Origin: an uncultured Pseudomonadota bacterium | GTDB taxonomy: Bacteria; Myxococcota_A; Polyangia; Fen-1088 | NCBI GenBank assembly: GCA_963847705.1 | Contig: CAWKBC010000012.1 | Coordinates: forward strand, 1 to 50,861 | DNA length: 50,861 nucleotides | Direction of reading: 5' to 3' | Shown here: piece after piece, positions 1-10,397 of the stretch | How positions within the stretch are numbered: the first letter of the stretch is position 1 | How the letters are laid out: the number at the start of each line of letters is the position of its first letter | The notes under the pieces: generated by a model | Databases searched by the model: none | Told to the model about the DNA's origin: nothing | Seen by the model: only the letters and a program-made list of their open reading frames with translations | Position numbers and translations under genes: made by a program

Positions 1-598
1 TGATGTCCATCCCCGAACGCGCTTTTCGGCGTTTGGGAGCCGGCGCGCCAGCGACGGGGGCCTCTTCGACTCTTCGATTCGTAACCACCGAGTTCGGCCA
101 CATTTCCTGGTCGGCTCGGTCAGGCATCTTTGTTTCTCTACGGCGGCCGCCTTGAGGGCGCATCGACGGTCGGCGTCGGCGCGGACGTGACCATACACGC
201 CACCGTACTTGAACAAAGCCCTCCGGCCAGGGCGCCCCGCCGCGCGACGCGGCCGAAGCCAACGGTTGCTCCACCCGTGCGATATGGCCGCGTCGCGCGG
301 CGGGGCGCAACCGTACGGCCTGATGCCGTCACTTTTCCTGCCACTCTCACGCCGTACGGAACGGACCCACCGCTCGACTGGAAGTGATCTGCCCGGCAGG
401 TCAGCCGGCTGCTGGTACATGGCAGCGAGACCCTAGGCGCCTCATTTTCGCATTCGAGGCGGCTCGTCAGAGGACAGGCTCAAGGCGCCAGCTCCCATCG
501 GCGTTGACGCCGACGGCCCCGGCCGCCGGGATGCCCCGGGTCCTTCGTCAGGTGGACGCAGAGCCGGATCATCAGCGGTATGGGGACCTCACCCATGT

Positions 599-922
599 TC
601 AACCCGCCGAACCCCCCTCTCTGCCAGTGCCCCCGTATAGGGCGCTGGTTTCGGCGCAGGTCACGCCCTCGGATGCCAGGCAATCACTGGGATAGGTATC
701 GATGTCGGCGCGGGTCTCGGTGAAGTGCGTCGTCGTGTAGGTCATGTCGGCATTGAACGTTACGGTGCCCGCGTAGCTCAGAGTCACCAACTGGGTCGTT
801 GAGTCCTGGCAGGCCGCGTTGACGAGACCCGCCGGGGGGATGCAGCCGCCGAGGATCTTCCAGGTGCCGGTCATGTCACCGCCGCAGGGGAGAACCGTTC
901 CGCAGGTCGCCGGTGCAGGCAT
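599..922 (-). pseudogene. Truncated Cys-rich lipoprotein paralogue of 2601..3113
   Basis: MPAPATCGTVLPCGGDMTGTWKILGGC is nearly identical to the 2601 protein. No signal peptide in frame upstream, and the C-terminus is shorter. Confidence 0.6.
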
Positions 923-1025
923 GATGCCACCGCCACCGTTGTCGGCGGTGTCGCGATTGGTGTCGCCGTGAAGACGGGCACTCTGGGGGCAGTCGTGAGG
1001 GCGGACAGGTTGACGGAAGGTAAAA

Positions 1026-1424
1026 TTATCGGACTTCCGTCTGAGGGATTTCGGCCCTTGAACTCACTGCCCTCCTGTGAGCTCGGAGGGGATCATGACC
1101 GTAGCTCGTCACCTTTCGGATGAAGTTGCGGATCCGCTTTGCCGTTCCCCGCCTGCCGCTCGATAGGAGCAAGCGGACCGGCTCGCTCACGCCAGGGACG
1201 ACGGTCCGCCCTCCCCTTCCCGCGGTCCGGAAGACATAGAGGCCAGTCGTACGCCGGCGCGCCACCAGGTAGGCGGCCACGCGCCCGGGCGGCAAGAGCG
1301 CGATTTCGCCCTCATCGCCGCCCACGATCGAGAAGGGCCCGCCGCACAGCAGTCGAGCGGTGAGCTCGCCATCAACCCGGAGCTGGATCGCGGGGAGACG
1401 ACCGGCCCGGGCCGGCGACGTCAT
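1026..1424 (-). CDS. Hypothetical protein coupled to the TOPRIM gene
   Basis: ATG at 1424 overlaps the TOPRIM gene stop (ATGA overlap). Confidence 0.55.
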   Translation of the reverse strand: MTSPARAGRLPAIQLRVDGELTARLLCGGPFSIVGGDEGEIALLPPGRVAAYLVARRRTTGLYVFRTAGRGGRTVVPGVSEPVRLLLSSGRRGTAKRIRNFIRKVTSYGHDPLRAHRRAVSSRAEIPQTEVR

Positions 1425-2476
1425 CGTGAGCGGCCCTGCCCCCGCAGAGCGAGATACCTGATGTAATCGCGCTCGTGCCGCTGCAAGCACTCGTTCCAGT
1501 CCTTGCCGAGCGGTGCTCGGTGGCGCACCGTTGGCGCTTCACCGGCGAGGAGGCTGATCCTTTCGGGCAACCTGTCGCCCGCCAGATCGCTGTCCGTCGC
1601 GATCACGACCGTGGAACCGCGTGGCAGGCGTGCGATCGCCGCCGCGACGTGGCGTCCCTGGCGCTCGCCGAACGAGCCACATGTACTCGCATAGCGGGCG
1701 CGGTCGTCTGGTTGGAGCTGGTGGCAGCTGAACGCGTCGATGACCGCCTCGGTGATCACGAGCTTGTCGTCGTTGTCGCGGGAGTTGCTCACCCAGAGCG
1801 CTTTCCTGCCTCCGGCCGAGAAGCCAGCGTAGGACGCGTTCTTCCGCTCGAAGCCGCAGATGCTGTCATCGTTAACCGCCTCTCGATGTGGGAAGAGGAG
1901 ATCGCCGCGGTCGTCCGCGCGCCACGTATCTGCGAACCGTGGAGAGGCGAGCGTCTCGGGTCGGACTCCCCGGCTGTTAAGATACGGGTCGTCCGCCACG
2001 ATCCGTGCCCGCGAATAGGCGTCACGGACAATGGCTCTAACATCTTGGTCCACTCTGGAGGGGCGGATTGGTGCTGGCGCCTCCATGGAGCGGAGGTCGC
2101 CGGCCCAACCGCGGAGCTCCTCCCGAACCCCGGCAAGATTGCTGGTTCCCCTCCGCAGAACGAAGTCGATGATCGTCCCGTTATCGCGGTCATGCCTGAC
2201 GCTGAAATACGTCCAGTGGCCGTCGCGATCCAGGCGGACGACTATCTTGTCGTCCGTAGTTGCGTGACGCATCAACAGGCTGGAGGCTGTCGACCCCCGA
2301 GTGCCACCGTCGCGTTTGGTCTCTCGGCGAACCAGGCGGTATCCACGGCTCACTGCGTACGCGCACAGATCTACCCGTTTGAAGCGATCGAGGTCGTCGT
2401 CCACGAGGCACCTGACGCAAACTCGGGCAGTGCCGAGCACCGTTGCGGGTCGCGTAGGCTGCGGGGCGAGAGGCAC
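1421..2476 (-). CDS. DUF3991/TOPRIM primase-like protein (plasmid/ICE type); start uncertain
   Basis: DNGTIIDF N-terminal motif; TOPRIM motifs LVITEAVIDAFS, IATDSDLAGD and KDWNECL. Confidence 0.85.
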   Translation of the reverse strand: MPLAPQPTRPATVLGTARVCVRCLVDDDLDRFKRVDLCAYAVSRGYRLVRRETKRDGGTRGSTASSLLMRHATTDDKIVVRLDRDGHWTYFSVRHDRDNGTIIDFVLRRGTSNLAGVREELRGWAGDLRSMEAPAPIRPSRVDQDVRAIVRDAYSRARIVADDPYLNSRGVRPETLASPRFADTWRADDRGDLLFPHREAVNDDSICGFERKNASYAGFSAGGRKALWVSNSRDNDDKLVITEAVIDAFSCHQLQPDDRARYASTCGSFGERQGRHVAAAIARLPRGSTVVIATDSDLAGDRLPERISLLAGEAPTVRHRAPLGKDWNECLQRHERDYIRYLALRGQGRSR

Positions 2477-2600
2477 GCCGCGTTCGCGAGCCGGCTCTCG
2501 CGCGCGCCAGCGCCCGCGTCAGGACGGGCGATCGTTCGTTCCGAGACCGGGCCGAATCGATCAGTTGCCCGCGTCTCACGATTTTGAGACGATCTCGCCG

Positions 2601-3113
2601 ATGAAGACGGTCGGTCCGAGATTTGGCATCGTTAGGTTGACGCTGGCGGGAGCGCTCTTAGGCTGCGGGGGTGGACCGAGCGGCCTGCCGCCGGCCGGCA
2701 TCATGCCGGCGCCCGCGACCTGCGGGACGGTCGACCCCTGCGGGGGCGATCCGACCGGCACCTGGAAGGTCCTCGGCGGCTGCCTTCCTTCGGCGGGGAT
2801 GGTAACCGGCTCCTGCACCCAGGTGCAGATCCTGACCGTGAGCTACGCGGGCACCCTGACGTTCAACTCCGACATGACCTACAGCGCCACGACTTTCACC
2901 AGGACACGCGCAGAGCTCGACACGACGCCGGTCAGTTGTTGGGGATACCTGAACAAGACCTGCGCCGAAGAAGACGAAGCGCTCAAGGCACAGGTGGGCG
3001 AAAGCGGAATGGGCTTAAGCTACGCCAGCTGTACGGGGTCGACCACGTGCGCCTGTACCGTCGCCGAGACGGCGTCAACCGTGATCGGAGACTCGGGCAC
3101 CTACTGGGCTTGA
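2601..3113 (+). CDS. Cys-rich lipoprotein, C-terminally truncated by an IS end
   Basis: Lipobox LLGC; the stop codon lies inside the IS terminal repeat that starts at 3105. Confidence 0.7.
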   Translation: MKTVGPRFGIVRLTLAGALLGCGGGPSGLPPAGIMPAPATCGTVDPCGGDPTGTWKVLGGCLPSAGMVTGSCTQVQILTVSYAGTLTFNSDMTYSATTFTRTRAELDTTPVSCWGYLNKTCAEEDEALKAQVGESGMGLSYASCTGSTTCACTVAETASTVIGDSGTYWA

Positions 3114-4058
3114 TCCGATCCGGTGGACAGATTGATTACGCAGTTGCCCGTGATTCTCGTGCAGCCTTTTCGTACCCGGCTGGGCTGACGTAGTCCAGCG
3201 ACGAGTGACGGCGTTGCTGGTTGTAGAAGACCTCGATGTAGTCGAACAGCTTTTCCTTTGCCTCGGCTCTGGTGGCGTACCGCTCGCCGAGCTCGAACTT
3301 GAGCGTCGAGAACCAGCTCTCCATCGCAGCGTTGTCGTAGCAGTTGCCACGCCTGCTCATGCTGCACGTGATGCCGTGAGCGCCGAGGACCCTCTGGTAG
3401 TCGTCGCTGGCGTACGGACTGCCTGGTCGGAGTGATGAAGCAGGCCTTCGCCGGGGCATCGCCGTACGAACAGCGGCCTCTAGCGCCCGGACGGCGAGAT
3501 GTCGGTCGTTGACGGCGCTCAGCGCCCAGCCGACGACGAACCGCGAGTGCAGGTCGAGAATCGCGGCAAGGAACAAGCGCCCGCCGTCGGCGACGAACAG
3601 CTCCGTCGTGTCGCCGACCCAGCGCTGATTCGGCAGCTCAGCCTCGAAGCGCCGATCGAGCAGATTCGGCGCTACGGGCTGATGGTGCTCGCTCATCGTC
3701 GTAGAGCGGTACCGCCGACGAACACGAGCCTCGAGGCCCTCCTGCTGCATCAGCCGGATGATCCGGTTGCGGCCGACGTGCTCGTCGCGCGCCACCAGCT
3801 CGGCAAGGACGCGCGGGCTGCCGTAGGTCCGGCGGCTGCTCTCGTGCACGTCGCGGACGACGATGGCCAAGCGCCGGTCCTCGCGTGCATGGCGCGACTC
3901 GGGCCGTTTGCTCCATGCGTAGTAGCCGGCCCGCGACACACTGAGGGCTCGACACCAACGCGCCACACCCTCGTCCGCCTTCTCCTCGGCGATGAACGCG
4001 AATTTCACGCGCTCTCCTTCGCGAAGAAGGCTGCGGCTTTTTTTAGGATGTCCCGCTC
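3105..4058 (-). mobile_element. IS3-family element, 3' half (end of orfA, degenerate orfB, right IR)
   Basis: YGSPRV, WVGDTT, SMSRRGNCYDNAAMESWFSTLK and YNQQRRHSSLDY motifs. A7G slippery site near 4037-4044. The HSD motif is out of frame. IR is TGGGCTTGATCCGATCCGGTGGACA. Confidence 0.9.
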
Positions 4059-4360
4059 TGGTCGAGGCCGTTATCGGCGCACTCATCGCGGCTTTCTGCC
4101 CGCGGGCGAGCCTCATCGCTGAGAACCTGGCACTCCGCCACCAGCTGGCCGCCCTGAGCGAGACGGAACCAGGCATCGGCTCCGTCCCATCGACCGAGCG
4201 TTCTGGGTCGTCCTGTTGCGCACTCGGTCGCGATGGGCGGACGTGCTGGCGATCGTGAAGCCGGCGACCGTAGTCATGTGGCCGTCGTGGATTCGCCCGG
4301 TTCTGGGCGAAGAAGTCTCGGCGGCGCGGACGGCCGCCTGTAGTGGCGAAAAATGGCTCA
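4059..4360 (+). pseudogene. N-terminal fragment of an rve-type integrase/transposase
   Basis: PRASLIAENLALRHQLA is homologous to the start of 4368..5398; multiple frameshifts. Confidence 0.75.
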
Positions 4361-4367
4361 CATGGGG

Positions 4368-5398
4368 TCATGCAGCCCGGGCGTAGCGATGGTGAAGACC
4401 GGCAACCCGCGGGAGAGCGACGACGCGACCGGTGTTCGGCGGTTCGACAGCCCGCGGGATCGGCGCGTCTCGGTCGAGCGCCATGTGCGGGCGGTCCTCG
4501 TTGTAGTAAGCAGCGTGCGCTCGAACCAATCGCAGCACGTGGCGCTCGCCGAGGACGATCACATGGTCGAGCACCTCACGCCGGAGCGTACCGACGAACC
4601 GCTCCGCGTATCCGTCTGCCAGGGCGACCTGGGCGCGGTCCTGAGCTGGCGGATGCCGAGATGATTCACACGCCAATCGAACGCGGTGCCGTAGATCCTG
4701 TCGCGATCTCGGATCAGGCGAGTGATCTCGGTGTCGAAGCCGACGGCCTCGACGACCTGCTGCGCGGTCCAGGTCTGATGGGGATGGCGGGTGGCGTTCA
4801 CGTGCAAGAGCCTCCGCCGCTTGAGCGAGAGCACGAAGAATACGTACAGCAACCTGAACGTCACCGTCGGCACGACCACGAAGTCGATGGCGATCGTACC
4901 CGGCCGGTGGGCGCGGACGAAGGCCCGCCAAGTCGTAGAAGATGGTTGTCCCGGTCGGCGCGTCGGCCTCGGCATGTAGCGGGTCACGGTATTCTTGGCG
5001 ACGTCGTGGCCCAGCTTCGCCAACTCACTCGCGACGCGCCGCCGGCTCCACAGCGGGTTCTCGCTCGACATCCGTTCAATCAGGGCAAAGGTCCGGGCGT
5101 CCAGCGGCGGGCGCCCAATCCGCCGCGACTTATGGGCCCAGAAACGGGCGAATCCACGTCGATGCCAGGAGACGACGGTGGCGGGCTTGACGATGAGGAT
5201 GGCGTCAGCCCAGCGCGACCAAGCCCGCGAAAGCACCGCCCAGAAGGCACGGTCGACCGGTCGCAGCCGCGGCCGCGCCGCCTTCCGATTCAGGATCGCG
5301 AGCTGCTGCCTCAGCGCGAGGTTCTCGAGCACCAGGCTCGCCCTTGGGCGCAGGAGCGCGCGGAGCGCCCCAAGGATCGCTGTCACGACGGCCAACAC
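4368..5398 (-). pseudogene. Integrase core (rve) domain transposase with one frameshift near 4613
   Basis: ENLALRQQL, AIDF and LIRDRD motifs; SPWQ|[13 protein letters not shown] is split across two frames; ends [10 protein letters not shown]. Confidence 0.85.
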
Positions 5399-5535
5399 GA
5401 TGCCAGTCTCGCGGCCGGCCCGGGCGATGTCACCGCAGAATCAACGCTGAGTTTCCGGTAACCTCGAGGCGGATGTGGCCTTGTCTCACGTCGGATCATT
5501 CTTCACCACCACAGGATCGGTGCGGCGCGCGCCGG

Positions 5536-5599
5536 GGGACTCGGGCGCGTTTATGCCACGAGCATTACAATTAGAATCCAGTAATATTACTGTCACTCG
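5536..5599. repeat. 64-bp AT-rich element, inverted copy of 10140..10203, containing the 14-bp palindrome CAGTAATATTACTG
   Basis: Manual alignment gives 62/64 identity to the reverse complement of 10140..10203. Confidence 0.9.
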
Positions 5600-5936
5600 T
5601 CGATGCAACCCTCTTATCGAGGGTATCCGTCCGAAGAGGGGGGCAATGAGATGCTAGTGTTCCGTCCGGTGCATGATGATTTCCGTCGTATCGGAAGACT
5701 CGTCTGGCGTCGCAACGTTTCCTGAGGGCGGCCGCAACAGGGACACGCCCCAGAGCAATACACGAATACGATATGTACGCCACGTTACGCCAACCCGAGT
5801 TGGCGTTCGAAGCAACCCAGCCCTCAAAGTTTCTCGCATCAGGATTGCGATTGCATAGACGCTCTTCCGAAGATATGGTGCCGTGCGTTGCCGATGGGCA
5901 ACATGGCAGGCTCAAAACGGAAGGGACGGTGGGAAC

Positions 5937-6743
5937 GTGTTAACTAAGGCAAATGTCGTGGTGGCCTTGGGTCTTGTAGGGCTCGGGATTGGAGGATGTG
6001 ATAATTCGGTTCCAGACACGGAGACGATAACGTCCGAACTCGTTGGCCTGCCCGGACAACCCCAAGGCCTCGTCTGCGGAATGGGTTATTACAGGAACGA
6101 AGTCAACGTCCAAATGGGGTCCTGTGAGGGCTACCAAACCGCGAGCGCGGAGCCCTATTGGGATAATTGTAGTTCCCAAAATGCTATAGTCGTTTGCAAT
6201 AATTTTCTAATTGCGTGCGCTGGCGGGTTTTCGCTGGCCGCGGACGGAGATCAAGGACTCTGCGCGCCCTGGGGGATCTATCACCAGGCGGCGTCGCCAG
6301 GTACCGCAGGTCTCAACGCCTCCAACAGCGCTCAGCTTCTCTTACCGAAAGGCACAGCGTGCGGGTTCAAGGACAACTGCCATAATCCTACTCTGACGTG
6401 CATGGGGTACGACGCGGCTCATTCCTGCCCGCCTGGCTGGACGGCGAAGGTTGGCTCAGACATTAACAACCCCTCTAGTTGCAATGGTGGCCCGGGTGGC
6501 TACGTGTGGTGCGAGTATCAAGATCCCAACAACCTATGTACGGGTTCCTGCCAGTTGGCCGATCAGCCCTCAGGCATTGTTTGCGGCATTGACGATAATG
6601 ATCGCCACAATGGCCAGTGCTTGGGCGTCCAAACCGACAACGTCTGTCCGACAGGATGGGAGCACCGAGGTTGGTTCGATGACGGCAGGAGTGCAGGTCA
6701 CGGGATTGGTTGGTGCTCGAAGCCCGACAACGCCTCGCCATGA
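5937..6743 (+). CDS. Cys-rich lipoprotein with three internal PxGxxCG repeats (paralogue 1)
   Basis: GTG start, hydrophobic signal, lipobox IGGC; repeats PQGLVCG, PKGTACG, PSGIVCG. Confidence 0.8.
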   Translation: MLTKANVVVALGLVGLGIGGCDNSVPDTETITSELVGLPGQPQGLVCGMGYYRNEVNVQMGSCEGYQTASAEPYWDNCSSQNAIVVCNNFLIACAGGFSLAADGDQGLCAPWGIYHQAASPGTAGLNASNSAQLLLPKGTACGFKDNCHNPTLTCMGYDAAHSCPPGWTAKVGSDINNPSSCNGGPGGYVWCEYQDPNNLCTGSCQLADQPSGIVCGIDDNDRHNGQCLGVQTDNVCPTGWEHRGWFDDGRSAGHGIGWCSKPDNASP

Positions 6744-7028
6744 TTACGACCTATCAAGATACCTGTCTGGTGTGGGAGATGGTGAATGTCTAGCGGATCG
6801 GGTGGCGCTCGTGGTCCGCGCGGAGCGGGGGGCCCGGGAGCTGCCCGTAGGGTCGCAGAAGATCGGTAGATGGCACGTGGAAGGTCCCCGCGTGTTCGCG
6901 GTATCCCCCATCCGGGGATACGCGTAGCTGGTGCTTGCACGGTCAGCCAGGTCGGCAGGTTGTAACGCCCGAGTTAGCTTGACTCGAAGTGGTAACGAGA
7001 AGCGTATGCCATTGTCGAAGGAGGTCAC

Positions 7029-7802
7029 ATGTTCAAAAGCACGCTGGTACTGACTGCTGCGGTATTGTTCCTCGTCGGTTTCGCCGCATGCGATACAGCC
7101 GAGAACGTCGAATCTAAGACATCAGCCCTCGCGGTAAGCGGCTGGCCGCAAGGGCTGGATTGTGGGCTCGGTTATTACAGAAATGGCGTGGATGTTGTGC
7201 ACGGATACTGTGAAGGGGTCTCCACGGGAGACGCTACCGGGAATGTGTGTAACCCGGCCTACATGACCAGGTGCACCAATGGCGTTTCATGCGCCTCGGG
7301 ATTCGGCATCGGCGTCGACGGTGATCAAGGTCTCTGCAATCCGTGGGGTTTGTACCACCAACAGTTGTTGAGCAGCACGGGTGGCGTGACGACGGCGAAC
7401 ACGGACCAGCTGTTGCTTCCCAAGGGCACGGCTTGCGGGTTCAAGGACAATTGCCACGACAATACCCTGACGTGCATGGGGTACGACCCGGCCCATTCCT
7501 GTCCTCCCGGCTGGACGGCGAAAGTTGGCTCCGACATCAACAACCCATCCAGTTGCAATGGTGGCCCGGGTGGCTACGTGTGGTGCGAATATCAGGATCC
7601 CAACAATCTGTGCACCGGTTCCTGCCAGTTGGCCGATCAGCCCTCCGGTATCGTTTGCGGCATTGACGATAACGATCGCCACAATGGCCAGTGTTTGGGC
7701 ATGGTTACAGATTCAGCGTGTCCTTCGGGTTGGTCTCGGAATGGATGGTTCGACGATGGGAGAAGCGCCGGCCACGGCATCGGGTGGTGCACCAAGATCT
7801 AG
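7029..7802 (+). CDS. Cys-rich lipoprotein (paralogue 2)
   Basis: AAGGAGG RBS, lipobox FAAC; C-terminal half nearly identical to paralogue 1. Confidence 0.85.
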   Translation: MFKSTLVLTAAVLFLVGFAACDTAENVESKTSALAVSGWPQGLDCGLGYYRNGVDVVHGYCEGVSTGDATGNVCNPAYMTRCTNGVSCASGFGIGVDGDQGLCNPWGLYHQQLLSSTGGVTTANTDQLLLPKGTACGFKDNCHDNTLTCMGYDPAHSCPPGWTAKVGSDINNPSSCNGGPGGYVWCEYQDPNNLCTGSCQLADQPSGIVCGIDDNDRHNGQCLGMVTDSACPSGWSRNGWFDDGRSAGHGIGWCTKI

Positions 7803-7994
7803 TCGACGCTTCGTCGCGTCTTCTTCGGATGGATTCCCCGCATCTGGTGTGACGATTCCATCCCTTACTACGCCACAACTGCGCACCTTTGGACGGCGCA
7901 AATATTGCCTGTTGGGTGCAGAAACTCCATCCGAGGCTCAAGCGGCTTGCGGTTCCAGCGACGGTGAGGCGCGCGCAGCGATCGCAAAGCCGTA

Positions 7995-8308
7995 GCGATG
8001 ATGGAGACCGCCGAGGATCGGCATTCCGGCGATTCGGGTTCCCTTTGGCGGACGAGTAGGGGGGAGGTATCGAGCGCCGTCGGGCGACTGCATCCGCAAG
8101 CCGCGATGCGGCCGCCCATGGTAGTAGGCCAGGTAGTCGTTGAGAACGCGCTCGGCATGCTGCTTGTCCTTGACGACGATGTGGTCGAAGCAGGCCCGGC
8201 GGCGGGGTACCGATCACCCGCTCGCCGAACGGATTGGCCGTTGGCGCGCGAGGTGGTGTGGCGAGGAGCCGGGTGCCGAGTCCTCGGACGCGGCGATGGA
8301 AGTCGGAG
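7995..8308 (-). pseudogene. Decayed rve-type integrase C-terminal fragment
   Basis: Antisense frame (PMVVGQVVVENALGMLLVLDDDVVE) matches the antisense pattern of the other rve copies; interrupted by the IS at 8309. Confidence 0.6.
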
Positions 8309-8601
8309 TGACCTGACCCCCTAAAACTGGACCGTTTGACGGTTGAGGAGTTCGCTTCGCTGGAGGCTCTGGAAAGGGAGCGAAGCGATGCGGAAGTCGA
8401 GATTCTCGGTAGAGCAGATCACGTACGGGTTGAAGCAGGTCGAGACGGGCGTACCGGTCAGCGAGCTGTCGGAAGCTGGGCATCAGCGAGCAGACGTTCT
8501 ACGCGTGGAAAAAGAAGTATGGCGGCATGGGCGCCGTCGAGGCCAGGCGGGTCAGCCAGCTTGAGGACGAGTGCCGGCGGCTTAAACGACTGGTGGCGGA
8601 C
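8309..8601 (+). mobile_element. IS3-family remnant (left IR plus frameshifted orfA)
   Basis: Starts TGACCTGACCCCCTAAAACTGGACC; MRKSRFSVEQI...ISEQTFYAWKKKYGG; cut at 8601 by the next IS. Confidence 0.85.
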
Positions 8602-8917
8602 TGGGCTTGATCCGTTTTGGTGGACACCCGACGAAAGGAGTCGAGGATGGACACCATGGCAGAAGCAGAGAGCAAGAAGCGACCGCGACGGCGGCATACG
8701 GATGAATTCAAAGCAGGTGCGGTCCGCCTGGTCCTGAAGGAGAAGCGACCGGCGGCGAAGGTCGCCCGGGACCTCGATGTGTCGGCATCGCTGGTGCACT
8801 TGTGGGTGCGCCAGGCCAAGGTCGACAGCGGCGAGGGCCCCGAGGGTGCGCTGACGACCGAGGAGAAGGCGGAGCTGTCGAAGCTGCGCAAGGAGGTGCG
8901 CGAGCTCCGCATCGAGC
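8602..8917 (+). mobile_element. IS3-family element, 5' half (left IR plus orfA from 8647); partner of 3105..4058
   Basis: IR TGGGCTTGATCCGTTTTGGTGGACA matches 3105; orfA RRRHTDEFKAGAVRLV...ELRIE stops at the next IS. Confidence 0.9.
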
Positions 8918-10124
8918 TGACCTGCCTGGGTTCTTCGGACCAGTAGATCCTAGAGAACAGCCTCTCCGCTTTGGGTTGTTGTCATCACCTGCTTCGCTCT
9001 GAACTCGTTCGGTGTCAAATAGCCGAGACTCGAATGGGGACGGACAGCGTTGTAGTGCTGGCGCCAGGTCTCGATCGTTGCGGCCGCCTCTCTCCTGGAA
9101 CCACTCCATGCTGAGGCACTCGCCCCGGAACTTGCCGTTGAAGCTCTCGTTGGTCCCGTTCTGCCACGGCTTCCCCGGCGCGATGTGGGCGGTCTCAATG
9201 CCCTCTTCGGTCACCCAGCGCAGGACCGCCGTCGAGATGAACTCGGGGCCGTTGTCGGACCGTAGGTAACGCGGAGCTCCTCGCGTGCTCACCAGCCTGG
9301 CGAGCACCTCGATCACGCGGCCGGATCGGATACTCCCAGCCACGTCGATCGCCAACGCCTCGCGAGTCCACTCGTCCACGACGGTCAGGCACTTGATCTG
9401 TTGGCCGGTTGCGCACGTGTCGAAGACGAAGTCGTACGCCCAGACGTGGTTCGGCCCGGTCGGTGGCACGGGACGAGGCCTACTCGCAGCGACTCGTCGT
9501 CGTGGTCTCCGTCGGGGAACCTGCAGCCCCGCGCGCTTCCAGAGCCTGTAGGCGCGGTCGGTCCCCATGCGGTGTCCGTCGCGCGCGAGGAAGATTCGCA
9601 CTTGCCGGTAGCCGTACCGCGGGTACTGCGCTGCCAGCTCCGACATGCGGCTCATCGCCGGCGCGTCCTTGACCGCCAGCTTCGATCGATACCTCAGCGC
9701 CGACCTCGCCACCCTCATCAGCGCGCACGCCCTGCGGCAGGAGAGGCCGCGCCGTCGCGCGTACTCGACCTCCTGCCTCCGGCCGGGCGCGCTCACCATT
9801 TTTTTGCGTTGATCTCCTTCATGACCTCCAGCTCGAGGTCTCGGTCGGCAACCATCTTCTTGAGGCGCGTATTCTCGGCTTCCAGGGCCTTTAGCTTCTT
9901 CGTGTCCGCCACCTCCATCTTCCCGAACCGTCGCCGCCACACGTAGATCGTCTGTTCGCTCACTCCGTGCTTCTTGGCCACCTCCGCGATCGGCGTCCTG
10001 TCCGCTTCGCGCAGGATCTTCACCATCTGCTCTTCGCTGAACCGACTCTTCTTCATGGCTCCTCCGGGCTCCCGGAGGGCATGTTCTCAGGTTTCAGCTG
10101 GTCCGAAAAACGCCAGGCAGGTCA
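8918..10124 (-). mobile_element. Full-length IS3-family (IS407-like) element, about 1.2 kb
   Basis: Terminal IRs TGACCTGCCTGG...CGGACCAG at both ends. orfA 9793..10056, orfB about 8950..9796 (WAYDF, RSDNGPEF, PWQNGTNESFNG). A7 slippery site; extra frameshift near 9097. Flanks GAGC and GTTC do not form a target duplication. Confidence 0.93.
9793..10056 (-). CDS. IS3-family transposase OrfA
   Basis: MKKSRFSEEQMVKILREAD...HGVSEQTIYVWRRRF HTH. Confidence 0.9.
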   Translation of the reverse strand: MKKSRFSEEQMVKILREADRTPIAEVAKKHGVSEQTIYVWRRRFGKMEVADTKKLKALEAENTRLKKMVADRDLELEVMKEINAKKW

Positions 10125-10139
10125 GTTCTGCGCGGAAGG

Positions 10140-10203
10140 CGAGTGACAGTAATATTACTGGATTCTAATTGTAATGCTCGATGCATAAACGCGCCCGAGT
10201 CCC
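10140..10203. repeat. Second copy of the 64-bp AT-rich element
   Basis: Reverse complement of 5536..5599; palindrome at 10147..10160. Confidence 0.9.
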
Positions 10204-10397
10204 TATGCGCGCGCCGGAGGATGAGCAGATACGCACGTGGTGTGTTCGTTGCCTTTTGTGCCATCTTCGAGCGGAATCGTTAAGTGTTGCGCACCCGACG
10301 ATCCCTGCTGATCGCTGTTTGAAAGTCCTTTGCTCGCCGTCAGCTATGAAGTACGAATGTGACCCTCGATAGCGCTCAAGGCTCGTGAGGAGGGAAC

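Noticed and set aside
1-598. Short ORFs and a hairpin near 12-40
   Set aside because: No recognisable motifs or RBS, and upstream context lies outside the window.
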